Shown: positions 24,713 to 36,700 of the stretch, in pieces
Numbering within the stretch: the first letter of the stretch is position 1
How the letters are laid out: every line of letters starts with the position of its first letter
From: Anthoceros angustus
Lineage: Eukaryota > Plantae > Anthocerotophyta
DNA: 64,000 nt
Direction of reading: 5' to 3'
Assembly: GCA_010909165.1 (NCBI GenBank)
Contig: MU008200.1
Location: 433,724-497,723, forward strand
Made by a program: the position numbers and the translations under genes
Notes under the pieces: generated by a model
The model's database searches: none
Told to the model about the DNA's origin: nothing
Seen by the model: only the letters and a program-made list of their open reading frames with translations

Positions 24713-25105
24713 AAGATGCGGAGAAGCTGAAAGATAACGATGAAAATGCGAAGGAAAATGAAGACGAGGACAAGCAAGAAGATGAGGATGAAAATGAAAA
24801 TGTAAATGAAGATGAGGAGGAGAAGGAAAATGAGAACGACCATGAAAATGAAAATGAATATGAGGATGACAATGAAAATAAAGATGAAGGAAATGAAAAT
24901 GAAAATGAGGATGAAGATGGGTATGCGGATGAGGATGAAGATGAGTATGCGCATGAGGATGGAATGAGAGAAGATGAATGGGACGATATAGAATGGATAT
25001 GATGGAGGTTCATGACTCATCTAAGTCAGTGGATATGATGGAGGTGGAATTATTGGTGGACATGATGGAGGTGGAATTATCGGGGACATGATGGGGTGGA
25101 ATATC
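24710..25105 (+). repeat. Low-complexity GAA/GAT/AAT tract (reads as about 97 D/E/N-rich codons) followed by 26-27-bp Gly-rich repeats
   Basis: DEDAEKLKDNDENAKENEDEDKQEDEDENEN...; GGA(C/T)ATGATGG(A/G)GGTGGAAT-type unit at 25031, 25058 and 25084. Confidence 0.85.
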
Positions 25106-25606
25106 CAATACATCGAATGCAAGAATAAACATTGTTGGGATTACTATCAAAGAAACTAAACCAATTAAAAGTAAGGAACAAAAAGTATGTGAGTTATTCC
25201 GATTGGGTACTTTTACGATTAGGGCTGTGCTTTGATCATATCAAAGTTTACTATGAATATATATTTCTTTGTTGTTTTACAAAGAAGAAGGTTGATTCAT
25301 TTTCTTAGAAAATAATAATTTTTCTACTCATGATTATCTATAGATAGGGTAAATTAATTGGCTGGCTGCAATCAGTCTTCAAGTTGGCATATTTTCTATG
25401 AAGACTAACGAAGTGGGTTTCAAAGTTAATAGAAAACACAAGTCTTCAAAAGACAAGTCCATTTCAAGCTCTATCATTCATGTGACTACCCTCTAGATCA
25501 CTCATCTTTAGAAGATCGAGAACTTTGCAAAGAGATGGTGCACTTAACATCACCATATATTTGTGATTGGGAGATGCTCAAGTGATCAAAACAAATATTT
25601 GAAAGC

Positions 25607-25632
25607 ATATATATATATATATATATATATAT
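25607..25632. repeat. (AT)13 microsatellite
   Basis: Read directly from the sequence. Confidence 0.98.
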
Positions 25633-25649
25633 TGATCTCTTTCATACCG

Positions 25650-27954
25650 CTTAATAGATAGTCGGTCTCTTGATTTCAATGCCAAAGAGCGGAATTCAAA
25701 GTTTCTATTAGGACAGATCGTGAAGGTTCCCAATCCTCTTGTTCTTCACAGAAAGTTTCCAATCCTCTTGTTCTTCACAAAGAACGCCAATTCCACCAAC
25801 GTTGCCTCATCATATGTCTTCAAAAGATATCACGAGAGTTAACTAGCTGAAATAAGTTCCAATAACACCGCATTCACTAAAGCTTTAGATATCAATCACT
25901 TTGGCCTGAACTATAAGCTTGTATAATACTCGGGATCAAGGTAATCCGCCAAGGTGCCCGATTACAAGGGATGCATGACTAGCCCATTGGGCTGACTTTG
26001 AAATGCTAAAATGAGCCACCTTAGCATTTAGGTAGTGGTCTAGAAGAATGTTTAAATTTGAAGACTTAACATCTCTATGAAACATAGATCTACGTTTGCT
26101 AAATGTAGATACTCTAAAGCCTCAAAGGTTTGAAGAGCAATCAAGGGCCGTTGTCTCCAAGTGAGCCCGGACATCCCTCCCTTTTCCCTTATGTAAGGTG
26201 CCCTTGGGAACATAACTCAAGACAAGGAGAGCAACTTTCTTCTCCAAGCAACAACTTGACTAGACTGCTACGATTGACTTGCGATAAAATTCTCACGTCA
26301 TTAAGCGGCAGCTTATCTAGGTGAGCCCTCACGCTCCTTTTGATTGCCACTGCCATCGTTGCCTTTCTCTGGTGCCAAAGCCGCCCACTCAATCTCGAGG
26401 TGTGTGTAAAGTTAGCTGGGTGGGAAGTTTGCGAAGAGATGTGGGTGACAAGTGCTCTCCATTTCGAACTCGCTTGATTTTGCTTGTGTTTGAGTGCTCT
26501 CCATTTCCGAACTCGCTTGATTTTGCTTGTGTTTGGAGTGCTCTCTCCCATATCGTAGAATGGATAGTAACAACTCCGGTAGTAAATACCGGATGATCGG
26601 GATGATCATCTCATCCACACGAAGCAGTTGGATTCCGCCCCATTCGCCATAATTACGGGACGGAAGAAGAGCCGCAAAGTTCGTAATTGTTAGCAAATAG
26701 GCTTGGATCGTTGAAATAGCGGACACGGGATGTGCCGACTTGATCGTTGTTGGACACATTCATGTACCTCAACTCGTGCAAACCAAGTGAAGGCCTCGAG
26801 TCTCCTCCAAATTGCAGATTAAGATCCAAGACAATTTGAGACTATAAGCAAGCAAGCCTTCCATGGAGTCATGGAGTACATTGTTGGATGCGTTCAATCG
26901 TTGCGTGTTTAAATAAACCCCCAACCAAATCCATAAACTCCCTCCCCCTCCCCCTCGCCCCCACATTGTTGTTGCTAATATCGAGTACTTGAAGAGAGTC
27001 AGGTAGCGTTGGAATGGGATCCGAGGAGTTGTTATGTGACACTAAAGATGGTCAAGTTTGGGAAGCTGATGCCTAGAGTTTCCGGTATCCTGCCCGTCAA
27101 ATTGCACGATGGAAGGTCCAAGACTCTCGGGCAATGATAGTGGTTTGCAGCCCATTGCGACTCCTCTCGAGCAATGTGTTCCCCCAAAGATTGGTACCCG
27201 CCAGCGGAAGTTCCTCCAAGGGCCCGTCGTAGTCCATTAGAGCCTGTACTAAATTAAGATGTTCCCACATGGATGACAAAGTGAACTAAGGTCCAGGGTC
27301 CGAAAAGCTTTGAAGTTTCGAATATGAAGAAAAAAGTCAGCCGGATCTCCTGTGAAGCAATTCCCTAGGTGAGCAAACCTAAAGGAATGTTGCTGTAATG
27401 TTATCGAGCGAGAGATCCAGCAAACTACTAGAAACGAGGCATTTCTGAAGATCGGGCGGGATTGCACCAGACAGCAAATTGTTGGACAGGTCCAAGTGAG
27501 TGACGCTAGTGAAGCGACGGAATCGGCCCAAGTTGTTGGGCGTCCATGTGGGTCGATTAGTGAAGTGCGAGGTATGTGACGGAGAAATTGTTGTTGGACA
27601 GTGTATGTGAGGACCGAGACTATGCTATCCGCAATGGTCCTTAGTGAGTTCCAGAAATGTTGACCACCTTGGTGGAACTACGGAAGAAAAGCCGTGAGCC
27701 CAGACGGCGGTTGTGAAGAGAAGACGTGAAGAGAAATAGGCATATCTTTTCGGACTGGTGCAACTTACAACTGGCGTGGCGGGTGAATCTGCGCCATTGG
27801 CTATGAGGCGGTTTTTTTCCACATCCTCGCAATAAGTTATGGAGGCACGGTGGTGTAGTGGTAGTTGTATATCTTGCCACAAGATCGACTCGGGTTGGGC
27901 TCCGGTCAGTGCTGCAATGAAAAGTATCACTATCGCATTTTGCTCTCGGAGCAT
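25650..27954 (-). pseudogene. Leucine-rich-repeat receptor-like kinase (signal peptide, about 10 or more LRRs, C-cap, TM, RD kinase), frameshifted, no introns evident
   Basis: Manual minus-strand translation: MLREQNAIVILFIAALTGAQ (27954); THLDLSNNLLSGAIP (27501-27457); RVLDLPSCNLTGRIPETL; SLQVLDISNNN; LHELRYMNVSNN; FNDPSLFANNYELCG (C-cap); GGFGT; VAIKR; ILSQVN..LVKLL; LTWRQR..IALQT.EALEYLH; HRDVKSSN (26079-26056); YLDPEYY (25943-25923); VLLELIS. Confidence 0.88.
26451..26546. repeat. 42-44-bp tandem repeat (about 2.2 copies) in the RLK juxtamembrane region
   Basis: AGTGCTCT starts at 26451, 26493 and 26537. Confidence 0.85.
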
Positions 27955-28291
27955 TTGATTGAGATCTCTGTGAAAACGTGAAAACGTTGTGAATTCCCCT
28001 AAAAATCGTGGTGCCGTTTATGAGACATCCAATTCCTCCCTCAGACTTCCGGGGGAGCTCAGGATGCTCATTAGACTTCTTCTTTTTCTTCTTCGAGTCG
28101 GGTTCAGTTTGCTAAGACCAGCCTGAGAAATCCAGCCTAAACCCAGCTGCAAACTCAGGGGGATTCACAAGCCTTCAACTGAGGCGATCTCCTCTCTTGT
28201 TTTGCTGTTTGCCAATAGTAGACAGAGAGGCCATGTACATGTCCAATAATGTCTAACTGGATGACAAATTATTGGATGTTAACGAGAGAAA

Positions 28292-30215
28292 ATATTTGAT
28301 GAAACAAGTACTTGGGCGTCAGTGGGAGCACACACTCATGTTCCCACCCCTGAAGACAGTGAGGAAACCTTTGAACTCTCTCACTATGACCTAACAGATC
28401 ATGGCACTCATACTCACCCTATTGAGGAACATGCTCCTGCAGGAGGGGGCAATCAAGCAGTATTAGGAGAAGAACAACCTGAACTTGACATTCAACCTGG
28501 AATGCCACTGCCAGATCTACAGGATCACATTCCTCAACCAAGGATAGCAGTCGATGATGTACCATTTGATGCTGATCAGGATGCTGATCAGGATGCTACT
28601 GACGAGGAATTAGAGGAAGTTGATGATGTACTTCTGCGAACTGAGCGAGCACTGCGACGTTACCCTACACGTGAACGTCAACCTCCTGACTACTATCATG
28701 CACCAGACTTCAGGATTACCTCTTCTCATGTGAAGGCTTATGCCGCCACAACATTAGATCCCATAGAGCCACAGTCTTATGAGGAAGCTCTCAGCAGGCC
28801 CGATCACAAGGAATGGAGAAAGGCAATCCGATGAATATGATTCTCTTATCGAGAATGGAACTTGGGAACTAGCAAAGTTGCCCAAGGGCGTGTCATGTAA
28901 ATGGGTCTTTAAATTGAAGGTCAAGGCGGATGGATCTTTTGATACAAGGCGATTAGTTGCTAGAGGTTTCACACAAATTCCAGTTTAGATTACCTCGAAA
29001 CCTTTGCTCCCGTCAAGCTTGCTACTTTTCGGACCATGTGTGCGATTGTGCGACAAGGACTACGAGTCGGATGTTTGATGTGAAGACGGCTTTCTTGCAT
29101 GGAATCCTTGATACAGAGATCTACATGCAACAGCCACCTGGTTATGAGGTTAACGGCAAGGAGGATTATGCTTGCAAACTAATTAAGTGCCTCTATGGAC
29201 TTAAGCAGTCAGCAATGAAATGGAATGCTGCACTGGACAAGGAGTTGCGAGCTCTAGGTTTTACAAAAGTAAGGCGTGACTTATCGTATACATCAAGAAT
29301 GATGTAATCTGCTTAATTTGTTATGTCGATGACCTCATCCTTGCAAGCAACACGACTGGATTTTATCTCTTCGATCACGAATCATTGGCACAAAAATTCA
29401 AGATGTCGGACCTTGGACCTTTGCAAAGTTGCTTAGGAATACACATTCATATAGAGAAAAAGGATCCTTACCATGACTCGGCCGATCTCTGGAAAGTGCA
29501 GGCGATTAGGACTCAAAGATGCCAAACCAACACCTCTTCCAAGTGGTCTCAAGTTGAGCAAAGATATGTCGCCAGTTACACAGTCCGAGAAGGACGATAT
29601 GAGAAATGTGCCATACAGGCAAGGTGTGGGCAAACTCATATATGCCAACACAACACGACGGAGGTGGCGTACTCGACAAGTGCTCATCCCGATCTCGAAA
29701 ACCAGGCGAGACACATTGGACTTGTGTTAAGAGAGTTTTCCGGATCTGAAAGGCACACCAAAGTATTGTGTATACTCACAAAGATGGTGTGGCACCTCGT
29801 GTACACCGATTATGCGGTGACATAGATACGAGGAGGTCGGTTTAGTTATGTGGTGAGCTATCTTTGGAGGACCTATTGTTGGTCAAGCAAAAAGCAACCA
29901 GTTGCACTCTCAAGCACAGGCGAATACAGTACTTAGCTGCTGAAGGAGGTTATTTGGCTAAAGCTGCTGTTTTGAGCTTGGCATTGAGTTGCTCGCTTGC
30001 ACAAAATCGAAAACCCAACCAATTCACTAGCTGAAAATCCCGTTTTCCACTCGGGACAAAGCATGTGGCGTGGAATACCCGATTAGAGAGCTACTAGCAC
30101 AAGCACAATATCTGGAATACATAGCAACTCAAGAAAACCCGGTGACATTTTCACAAAGGCTCTAGGCAGGGATCTACATGAGAAGCATGTAAAGTTTTTA
30201 GGCCTAGGTGACTCC
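28292..30215 (+). pseudogene. pol: C2 INT-RT linker, reverse transcriptase and RNase H, frameshifted
   Basis: RRYPTRERQPPDYY..EPQSYEEALSRPDHKEW; CKWVFKLK; FDVKTAFLHG; LYGLKQSA; YVDDLI; TKAL near 30155. Confidence 0.9.
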
Positions 30216-31264
30216 TCGGAGTCCCTAGGTAGTAGTGCATAAAGTCAAGCCATTCTCGGCGGCATTCTAGCTAGAAAGAAGAGCATTGTCGGTGTAGTCG
30301 TTGAAGTTTGTCTCATCACGAGACTTCAAAGAATAGGAATCCCCATCGGACTCGATTCTCCGAGGTGTGACTCTCCTCCTCATCTTGAAGGATCGGGGCT
30401 GCTATAGGGCGGTGGTTTTCCTCCACACTCTCTTGCACGGCCGAAATCCTGTCTTGATTGGAGGTTCGATTCTTCTTCCGGTATGTTGGATCCACCGCGA
30501 TGGGAGCTTAGTGTAGCATCTCACATGCACGTAAAAGATTGCAACGAGTATTGAAGCTGGGATCTTACTATAAGTCGACACATGAAATGGGTAAGCCCAT
30601 TTCGACCTTGACACGTCTCATCACGGCTTTGACGCCCACATAAACCACTGCCACGGGGCTGCGGATGCTTGATGGAGCCATAAGAGGCGATCAGTCTCCT
30701 TGAGCAGTCTGCAGCTTAGGAAAGCTAGGCTCTTCACGAGGTTAGTCTCATTCTCGGAAAAGCCGAAATCGGGATTAACATGGGCCTTTACTCTTGTCGC
30801 TTTGGAGTGGATGAGGCGGGCGTGCTGCGGGCCATGGGCTCACTTGCTGGCGTGGCTCGCCTTGCTAGGACCTCCTTGGTGCCTCGCCTTCCACGAGGCG
30901 ATTACCAGTACCCACTGAGTGCTCACATCGTGAGGAACTGAGCTTCTAGTTGTGGTAAACCCCCTGGTCCCTAGGCGATTTCTACGCTTGGGCTGGAGTC
31001 TCGGATGCGAGGCGAAGACATGATGCTCGCTTCGCACTCCTTAGCCACGGGATAATGAGAACTACACTCACGTATGCTATTGTTGAGTAAGCGCACCTTA
31101 GTGCGAACCACTTCACAGGTGTCTCCATGCTTTTATTCGCCAAGGAGTGGGCGCGGCTCTATGGTACTCGCGTGCAGAACTAGGGCGTGAATGCAGACAA
31201 AGCACAGGACACACAAGGAACCCACGAAAGAGAAGGCGTACAAGTCATGATCAACAAGTGGGAG

Positions 31265-31514
31265 TGAAGGAATAATTATTGTTTATGTGTTGACTCATGC
31301 TAGGGTTATGTTACCTTAGTTTAGTTAACCTATCGATGTGTAAACTAGGTCTAGTCACCTAGTACCCTTTCGGTAGGGTTGTGACTCTTACGAGTCGTAA
31401 CACTTGGTATCTTAATTAGGTTGTTTTAAGCATAAGCAAGTTACTCTTTATTTGATCTTTCAATTCAATGAACAATGTAATTGTGTTTTATTAATTCAAT
31501 TCATAAAATCTTCA
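31265..31514 (+). repeat. 3' LTR of C2 (250 bp)
   Basis: By manual alignment, 6 substitutions and 15 deleted bases relative to 21250-21514; preceded by AAGTGGGAG. Confidence 0.95.
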
Positions 31515-31644
31515 CGAGGAAGGTGAGGAGGATTTGGTTGTGATCAGTGGTCGGGGCCGTGCCTAGGTGGCTCAATAGCGGACCACGATCTTGGGAAGGG
31601 GAAGGGGCCCACCGCTGGATCATCCGGTCTGGGGCCATAACCGC

Positions 31645-32442
31645 TGTGGTGAGGATTAGCCACAGTGAGGTGGGCAGGGCACTCAACCTACCGACTCAAG
31701 CGAGATAGGTTAGGAAGAAATAGTAGGCGGCGATAGTATTACCTTGAATGGCTCACTCGAATAAGAGTGTAATAAAGACGCTGACCTTGGGCGTAGTATA
31801 AGAGGGCAGGGGCCGCTCTAGTAAAGCATCTTTCTCTTGGGGTGGACACCGCATTTCGTTGTAGACCCCTTTGCATCTCGGCTAACGTGAGCCCTGAGTC
31901 ACTTTCCAGGCGGGCACGGCAGCTCCGGAGGCAGTCAAGGTCTGATGATGACGGACCCTAACGTGTGGTGGTGGTGTGAGGAAAGGCGATCGAGATCCTG
32001 CTCGGTCGGAAGATGGCGTGGCCGACAGTCGGAGCGGGCCGGACGCATGGTGGGGAACCCGGGCGTCAGAGCTGGACGGAGAGGCCCGGTGGAACGACGG
32101 AGGAGGTCCGGGCCATGCGGCCCACCCTCCTTTTTCCCAAGACAATGAATGTAGTGAGAGTGGTAAAGAGATCGGACTAGACGAATGAGTGTTCTGACGG
32201 GTGTGACTTGAGTCCTTAAGCAGGTCGCCATGGTTACGCGGGCATTTATTCGATATTACAGAATGTTACAGTGGTTAAGCTGTAAATCGGTGAATCACGT
32301 GTGTTTGAGTGGCTGATCGCGGCACTTTGGGCGAAAGCAGTTAAAAGCGTGACAACGGGAATGTCATTCCCTTGGAGCGGACTCCTTACTACAACAACAG
32401 GATTATGCGCGCCGGTGACCGTCGGCAAAATTAAGCGCCACA
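31645..32442 (+). repeat. Probable 3' LTR of G2a (left boundary uncertain)
   Basis: Homology with 51302-52065 (-) ends at GCGCCACA in both copies; AATAAA at about 31771 and TATAAGAGG at about 31797. Confidence 0.65.
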
Positions 32443-32604
32443 CCTTTATCCTAAATTCGCCTGTTCATTCGAGGCGTCCTCGACCTGCGGTAGTACATGC
32501 TCCTCGCTCTCACCGTGGGTTGGCGACCTACGGCGCCCAGCCTACCGCCCCTTGGGCTACCTACTCCTAAAAGATCATTTCTCAACCCGGTTTCTTCTTC
32601 CCAA

Positions 32605-32766
32605 TGTCGGTAATTAACCTACACTAGTCAACCTAGGGTTATGGTCCTCATACGATTAAATGATACTTAAAAGACAATTTTGTTCATTACTCAATTAATC
32701 AATACATTTGGTAGTTGTGTGCTTAAGGCTCTCCGGCTCTCGCCTTCTACTACTCCCAAATTCACA
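32605..32766 (+). repeat. 5' LTR of C4
   Basis: TG...CA; 104 bp (32657-32760) identical to 38962-39065. Confidence 0.96.
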
Positions 32767-32813
32767 TGGTATCAGAGCTCCCCGTTTACGATGTTACATT
32801 CTCGTTATTAATT

Positions 32814-33495
32814 ATGCCTCGGCGGTGGATCTACATTGGTCGGTAGCGGCTCGCGTTTCTGAATCGACAACCTACATCGCTCTGGGCGGCTCGGCCGAAC
32901 TCAGCATGGTATACTCTCTTGTGGGAAGGTCGGGATTAGCGGTGGTCGAGGCAGGGGCGTCTTGAACTTCTTCGGCAACTCCATCAACGGGATTTTCAAA
33001 TCCGTGATTACCAGGCTCGGGACCGGTTTTACAGAGACCAGAGAAAGGACAGGAGACAGAGGCACGCTCGCATTGCGGACCTCCGCCGTCCCAAACAATT
33101 CCTGCAGGCCACTAAGACCTCCTCGGCCTGAGGACTCTGTATCTTCTTCCGCTGGAGATACCCCTCGAGTTTTTCACACTGAGGACACCTCCAGCCAACT
33201 CAAGGAGATTCTCGCCGCGACAGAGTCCCTCCACACAAGAATTCTTGTCAATAACATGCAAACACAGGCAAGCTTTGATGTTTTCAACGAGAAATTGACA
33301 TCCAAGATCAAGGAAATCACTGATCACCTGCAAAGATTGAAGATTGCTGCCCCCAGCATCCGCCAGGCCCCAGTGTTTCCCGATCACTCACCTTCCATTG
33401 CACGAGGCGAGGTGCGGCGTCGCGTGTGCTCTGCGACCCTCAATCCATGCGACACACAGCGGGCGCGCCTCTCCACTGCCGGCTACATCTCTTGA
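32814..33495 (+). pseudogene. Extra ORF between PBS and gag in C4 (about 225 aa if early frameshifts are corrected)
   Basis: ATG CCT CGG CGG (MPRR) 35 nt after the PBS; the open frame 32962-33495 contains SQLKEILAATESLH...LTSKIKEITDHLQRLKI. Confidence 0.5.
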
Positions 33496-33780
33496 GCTTG
33501 AGGTCAGAGAAGCCGTGTCTCTCCAGGTAAAGCGCCACTGTCGGTTAGTGTTGTCCCAAGCCAACCGACACACCACTTCACTAACGGACTAGATCGAGGC
33601 TGGGATGGATGCCGAGCCACACGAAGAACGATCAACCTTTGAGTTTGCGGCCCTCACTGCAGACGGGAGACCCTTCCCTGCGACCAATCTGATTAGTGCA
33701 CAAACACAGTACGTAAAGCAGTGATTTTCATACCTTCTGCCCTTCTCTAGGTCATAACCTTAAAGAGGGGGCTCTTGCGC

Positions 33781-36700
33781 ATGTCAGATCGCTCTACGCC
33801 CTCAGATGGTAGTGGTGACTCAACGCACACTAGTGATTCTGGCTCAGATTACCCTGAACCTCCAGATCCTATTGTAAATCAACTAGCAAACCAGTTGCAG
33901 GCGCTCACCTTAGTACCCAAGATGGGCACTAACCCACCACCACCACCGCCTCCTCCACCCCCACCTGCACCCCCGGTTTGGCACCGGTCTACACCTGTCC
34001 CCACTTTCACCTCGGACATGAAGGAGAAGGATCGCTTCAATGGCACTAAGTACCCGGTATGGAAGGTGCGCATGCGATCAGCCCTGAAAGCCCGTGGAGT
34101 ATGGGGAGTTGTGGACAAATCAGTTCCAGAACCGGATCCCAACAGCACGCCTTCTGCCCACACAGTGGAGCGTTGGCTCCTCAATTCCATCGCCTTGCTT
34201 TTATTATCAATGGCCTGGATGAAGACCTTGTACCTACAGTGGAATTCCACACAAGAGCACATCAAGTTTGGGACCAGCTTGCTAGCACATACCAAGTTAA
34301 CAATCGTGTCCTCTGCTGTGTCGGACGAAATTCTACTGCGTTGAAGATGAGGGAGGGGGAGAAAATGCCGCTCACGTCAGCAAATTTCGTCAACTCAGAT
34401 CTCAACTGTTGAGCATGGGCACGAAAATGGACGAACTGGATGCGGCAGCTCACCTCCTTACAACGTTACCACCTTCGTATCAAGGCTTCATCACCACACA
34501 GAACACTCCATATCTCCACGACCTCGGTACTTAACTTCAACCTATCTGATTGACATCCTTGTGGGTGCCCTGTTTCAGGAAGAACAAGCTAGACACAATT
34601 CATCTGGAGGCTCTCGTTCCAAGGGAGATAAGATTATGTCTGCACGGCATACATCAAACAGAAGCAAGGGTAAATCTCAGAACAATCAGAAGTCTGACCC
34701 CAGCCCTTCTAACCCAACCAAAAGAATTGGCAATTGTAATTGGTGTGGGATTGCCGGGCATTGGGCCCGCGAATGTAAAAAGAAGAAGGCTGGTGAGCCA
34801 CAGAGGACTTCCAAGAATTCTGCTAGTGTTGTTAAGGAGAAACCCAGTGACAATAAAAGTGTAGTAAAAATACTTACAGTCTGCTTGATTAGCTCTTGTC
34901 AGGACAACGAGGGTTGGTACTTAGACTTAGGTGCCACAGCTCACATTTGTCGAAACAAGCATCAGTTCACCTCTTTGAGCTTGTGTTGTGAGAACGACAA
35001 AGTTCTCCTCGGAGATGAATAGACTGACAGCAGCCTGCAAGTCAAGGGACAAGGCAAAGTCGTTTTTCAATTGAAGGACGGTTCAGATCTTATTCTGGAA
35101 CGCGTTTTGTACGTACCAGCCATGGCGAAGAATCTGGTGTCCATGAGTCAGCTTCTCAAGCTGAGGACTCTCGAGATGAAAGCCACTGGTGATACGTGCA
35201 GCTTCTACAGAAAAACGACTCCTGACAGTTGCATTTTCAAGGGTTTGCTTGATAATGATTTGTACCGCCTTGACCTCCCATCTGTGAAGGCTGCCACAGT
35301 TCACAGCATTGGATTAGTCAATTTGGACACCAAACAATTGGCCTTGCTATGGCACGCGAGACTTGGGCACCCCAACAGGCAGAAGTTGGTGGATATGTCC
35401 GCGAAACAATGTCATAGGGAACCACTTCCCCGTTGTTTCAAGGACCTACCATCCTGCGAAGCGTGCATACTTGCCAAGCAGAGGGAGCATCCTTTTCCTT
35501 CTACCCCAGCGTACAGAGCAACCTCTGTATTGGACCTCGTCCACGCTGATATATCTGGGAGGATACAGGTGCCCTCCATAGGTGGCTCAATTACTATCTT
35601 ACCTTAACAGACGACTACAGTCGCTACAGTTGGACATTTCCTATGCAGCGGAAAAGTGACACCTTCAAACTCTTCAAAGAGTGGCTTCCTGCAGTGCAAC
35701 GTCAAACAGGCTCATTGCTCAAGTATCTGCGTACAGACAATGGAACCGAGTTTGTCAATGTTGCATTTGATGATTACCTCATTGCGGAAGGCATCCAGAG
35801 ACAGCTGACTGTCCCATACACACCCCAGCAGAATGGGGTGGCTGAGAGGAAGAACCAAACTCTCCTGGCTATGACCCGGAGCATGTTGCTCTGGTCTGGA
35901 CTTTCTCAAGCATACTGGGCTGAGGCTATTGTTGCCGCAACATACATCTTGAACAGAATTATGACCAACTCTGTTCCTGATCAAACACCCTATGAGGTTC
36001 TCTATAAGAGGCCGAGCCTATTACACTTGCGTGTTTTCGGCTCCCGGGCATATGCGCTTGTTCCCTCAGAGAAGCGTCGTAAGCTAGACCCAAGAGCCCA
36101 AGCCCTAATTTTCGTAGGGTACAGCGAGCAGTCTAAGGCTTATCGACTGTATGATCCAACTGGTAGGAAGATGTCCCTCTCACGTAGCGTGACCTTCATT
36201 GAACCAAAGTTCCCTCTGCATTCTCGTGCTACAGGTTTAGAGGGAGCTATATCACAACATGATGAGACAGAGGGAGCTCCTGTCCCTCTTGCATCTGATG
36301 GGCAGGTCACCTTTCATATGTTTCCACAAGAGCCTGATCCTATAGACGAACCACCAGATGCTGCTGTACCGGATGATGTGCTACCTGCATATCCCCCACC
36401 TGATGATCCAGACCATCTCGAGGAACCCGCATCTCCTGCTCATTCACAGGCTAGTGACGGTCCTCAGGATGTTTTCAACCTTTTTGCACAAGATTCAGAC
36501 TCTGCAGATGATGAACACCCGGTGGAGGACCTGGTCCTACCAGCTCCTGCCATTCTTGATCCTGATCCTGAAGAGGTGGCCCCTTGACGTTCTGGCCGTC
36601 ATCGTCCACCACCTGACCAATGGGCAGAACCGAGATATCAATCCATTGATTTTAGGAGCAGGCATGCATGGCCTCTCGCTCCTTGACATACGATGAGCCT

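Larger units (their letters stand above)
24713..28291. other. Foreign 3.6-kb insertion splitting the integrase C-terminal RDVxFDE motif of C2
   Basis: Left side reads KAYKLYD..RVIY AR(D) ending at about 24712; right side resumes with ATATTTGATGAAACA (IFDET) at 28292 and continues into the INT-RT linker. Confidence 0.75.
21250..31514 (+). mobile_element. Ty1/Copia element C2 with both LTRs (10.3 kb including a 3.6-kb foreign insertion)
   Basis: Matching LTRs, PBS, PPT-like AAGTGGGAG, and gag-PR-INT then RT-RH. TSD is imperfect (CACGG / CGAGG), but the flanks rejoin to match G2b. Confidence 0.92.
17513..32442 (+). mobile_element. Gypsy-related element G2a (extra ORF plus 3' LTR, no gag/pol seen), flanked by a 5-bp TSD CCTTT and interrupted by C2
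   Basis: CCTTT at 17508-17512 and 32443-32447; starts TG and ends CGCCACA. Removing the block restores G1c sequence. 21200-21249 joined to 31515-32442 aligns to 51302-52251 (-). Confidence 0.75.

Noticed and set aside
24696-25020. Hydrophobic (F/I/L-rich) and Ser-rich minus-strand ORFs
   Set aside because: Artefacts of the GAA/GAT/AAT low-complexity tract; not a membrane protein.
24713-28291. Helitron, Pack-MULE or retroposed-mRNA origin of the RLK insert
   Set aside because: No convincing TC/CTRR ends, TIRs, TSD or poly(A). GGATG occurs at both sides (24708, 28274) but is offset from the resumption point. Mechanism left open.
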